The notes under the pieces: generated by a model
What the model was told of the DNA's origin: nothing
The model's input: the letters and a program-made list of their open reading frames with translations, nothing else
Databases searched by the model: none
Program-made: the position numbers and the translations under genes
Source: Haliotis cracherodii
Lineage: Eukaryota
Assembly (NCBI RefSeq): GCF_022045235.1
Contig: NW_027266266.1
Location: forward strand, 38,688,001 to 38,752,000
Reading direction: 5' to 3'
Length of the DNA stretch: 64,000 bases
Shown: positions 63,401 through 64,000 of the stretch, one piece after another
Position numbering within the stretch: position 1 is the stretch's first letter
Layout: the number at the start of each line of letters is the position of its first letter

Positions 63401-63953
63401 AAAGATTGACAAACTACTTACGCTGTCTCCATATAGGGTAACGAGTACCGCAGTGCTGGAAACCTGGTGCTGTGTCAAGGAATACTTTTCCTCCGGCGTC
63501 ATACCACCCCCCTGTGAGCAGTCTGTCGTTGAGGGCTCTCTCCCCTGTCGCGAGGATGTACAGACGGTCTCTCTTATGAAGACTTGGAACTTCCATGGGA
63601 TTTAAGCAGGGATCTAGAACAATATCAAATCTATATTCTTATGTAACCACAATTTAATCTTTATCACATGACCCGTTCTCCGCACTTTCCCAAAAACTAT
63701 TTCACAGATGATGAAATCAAAGATCTGTGGATGACTGTGTAATGCAGTGCTGTGATTTCCAAAATGGCCGCCGTGACAGCCATATTCGTACTATCCATAA
63801 CACTATATATTACTTACCTATTATCTGATTACCATGATGGTATGTACATATTGAATTGAAACCTATATGGAACGTTTATATATTAAGTTTACCTGCCCAG
63901 CATCCAACGATTCCGCCCAAGTAGAGTAACACAAATACGTTTTGCGTCGCCAT
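51730..63953 (-). CDS. VWDE-like type-I membrane protein, ~1011 aa (signal peptide, D8C/UMOD-GP2-OIT3-like, Ig-like, VWD, polybasic linker, EGF-like, Cys-rich, TM, short tail). Exons: 63893-63953, 63422-63613, 62539-62682, 62086-62100, 62013-62030, 60680-60930, 60294-60380, 59856-59982, 59082-59299, 58727-58812, 57955-58018, 57460-57657, 56657-56904, 56047-56311, 55426-55581, 54548-54731, 54091-54278, 53637-53891, 53338-53452, 52261-52389, 51730-51764
   Basis: The hand-spliced GT-AG exons keep frame (3036 nt). Signal peptide MATQNVFVLLYLGGIVGCWA; D8C-like GGWY..HCGTRYPIW..AYCF; VWD CYAINDPHMLTFDG, CNCGVAIRAG, TRGLCGT; EGF CLNDCSGKGTCTSGACICQINYGGSDCS; TM LLLIAVAAAVGGVVLVIIIVVSLICLF followed by KQKQR. 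The two micro-exons are less certain than the rest. Confidence 0.88.
51856..52021 (+). mobile_element. SINE family A, full length, with 13-bp TSD TCTTAAAACTGAG, in the last intron of the VWDE-like gene
   Basis: Intact A/B boxes, (ACTC)n tail, perfect TSD. Confidence 0.92.
54396..54457. repeat. (GA)n microsatellite
   Basis: About 31 perfect GA units. Confidence 0.98.
54905..55434. repeat. 27-bp minisatellite (TGTCTACTTCTGTGTGCAATACCTCAA) ending in a 60-bp duplication that includes an exon donor
   Basis: About 17 degenerate units, which produce the spurious LLLCAIPQC-repeat ORFs. Confidence 0.92.
56917..57259. mobile_element. MITE with 14-bp terminal inverted repeats
   Basis: AAGGTGTTCGCGAA (56917-56930) and TTCGCGAACACCTT (57246-57259); no coding capacity; TSD not clear. 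Confidence 0.7.
58416..58679 (-). mobile_element. SINE-like family C, full length, with 13-bp TSD CATATAGCTATTC (older copy at ~59390-59608)
   Basis: TSD at 58403-58415 and 58680-58692; (AAAC)n tail. Confidence 0.9.
61707..61866. repeat. ~160-bp palindrome, probable terminal hairpin of a non-autonomous DNA element
   Basis: TAAGGATTGACTG...TTCATTGAGGTATGAATCGAAA...GATGTGCAAACT pairs with AGTTTGCACATC...TTTCGATTCATACCTCAATGAA...CAGTCAATCCTTA. Confidence 0.85.
63015..63390 (-). mobile_element. Penelope-like retroelement fragment (RT C-terminus + 3' terminal repeat) in a VWDE-like intron
   Basis: SIPGTFVIYGSQRLRYKRGCS..KDRHASLAQNLFDHGY..LRKVFK resembles the PLE RT thumb pattern SNIP..YG.Y.SQL.RY.R.CS..RH..L..KL..QGY (recalled pattern, not searched). 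Confidence 0.6.
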
Positions 63954-64000
63954 GCCTTTGTCTTCTCTTCTTCAAGATGCGATCGACTGTGATCTGAAAA

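Overview
Eukaryotic, intron- and repeat-rich genomic DNA. The repeat content ((ACTC)n-tailed SINEs and LINEs) suggests a gastropod mollusc, possibly abalone; that assignment is inference. The + strand carries a tandem cluster of three type-I acyl-CoA thioesterase / BAAT-ACNAT-like genes, which I spliced by hand. Copy A (5'-partial, 18-5327) has the full Ser/Asp/His triad. Copy B (19861-28275) has lost three internal exons and is frameshifted. Copy C (37692-44217) is an intact 381-aa ORF that cleanly lacks only the 114-nt exon carrying the catalytic GxSKG serine. The copies also show reciprocal gain/loss of an N-terminal mitochondrial-type leader and a C-terminal PTS1-like tail, with in-register vestiges left in the UTRs. 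The - strand carries a complete ~21-exon, ~1011-aa type-I membrane protein gene (signal peptide, UMOD/GP2-type D8C-like domain, VWD, polybasic site, EGF, TM; VWDE-like; 51730-63953). The rest is a degenerate BEL/Pao LTR retrotransposon, many Nimb/I-like (RNase H+) and RTE-X/CR1-like LINE fragments, Penelope-like fragments, four SINE-like families, hairpin elements, a MITE, a near-identical 1421-bp tandem duplication and satellites. Exon coordinates were counted by hand; TE boundaries without target-site duplications (TSDs) are approximate.
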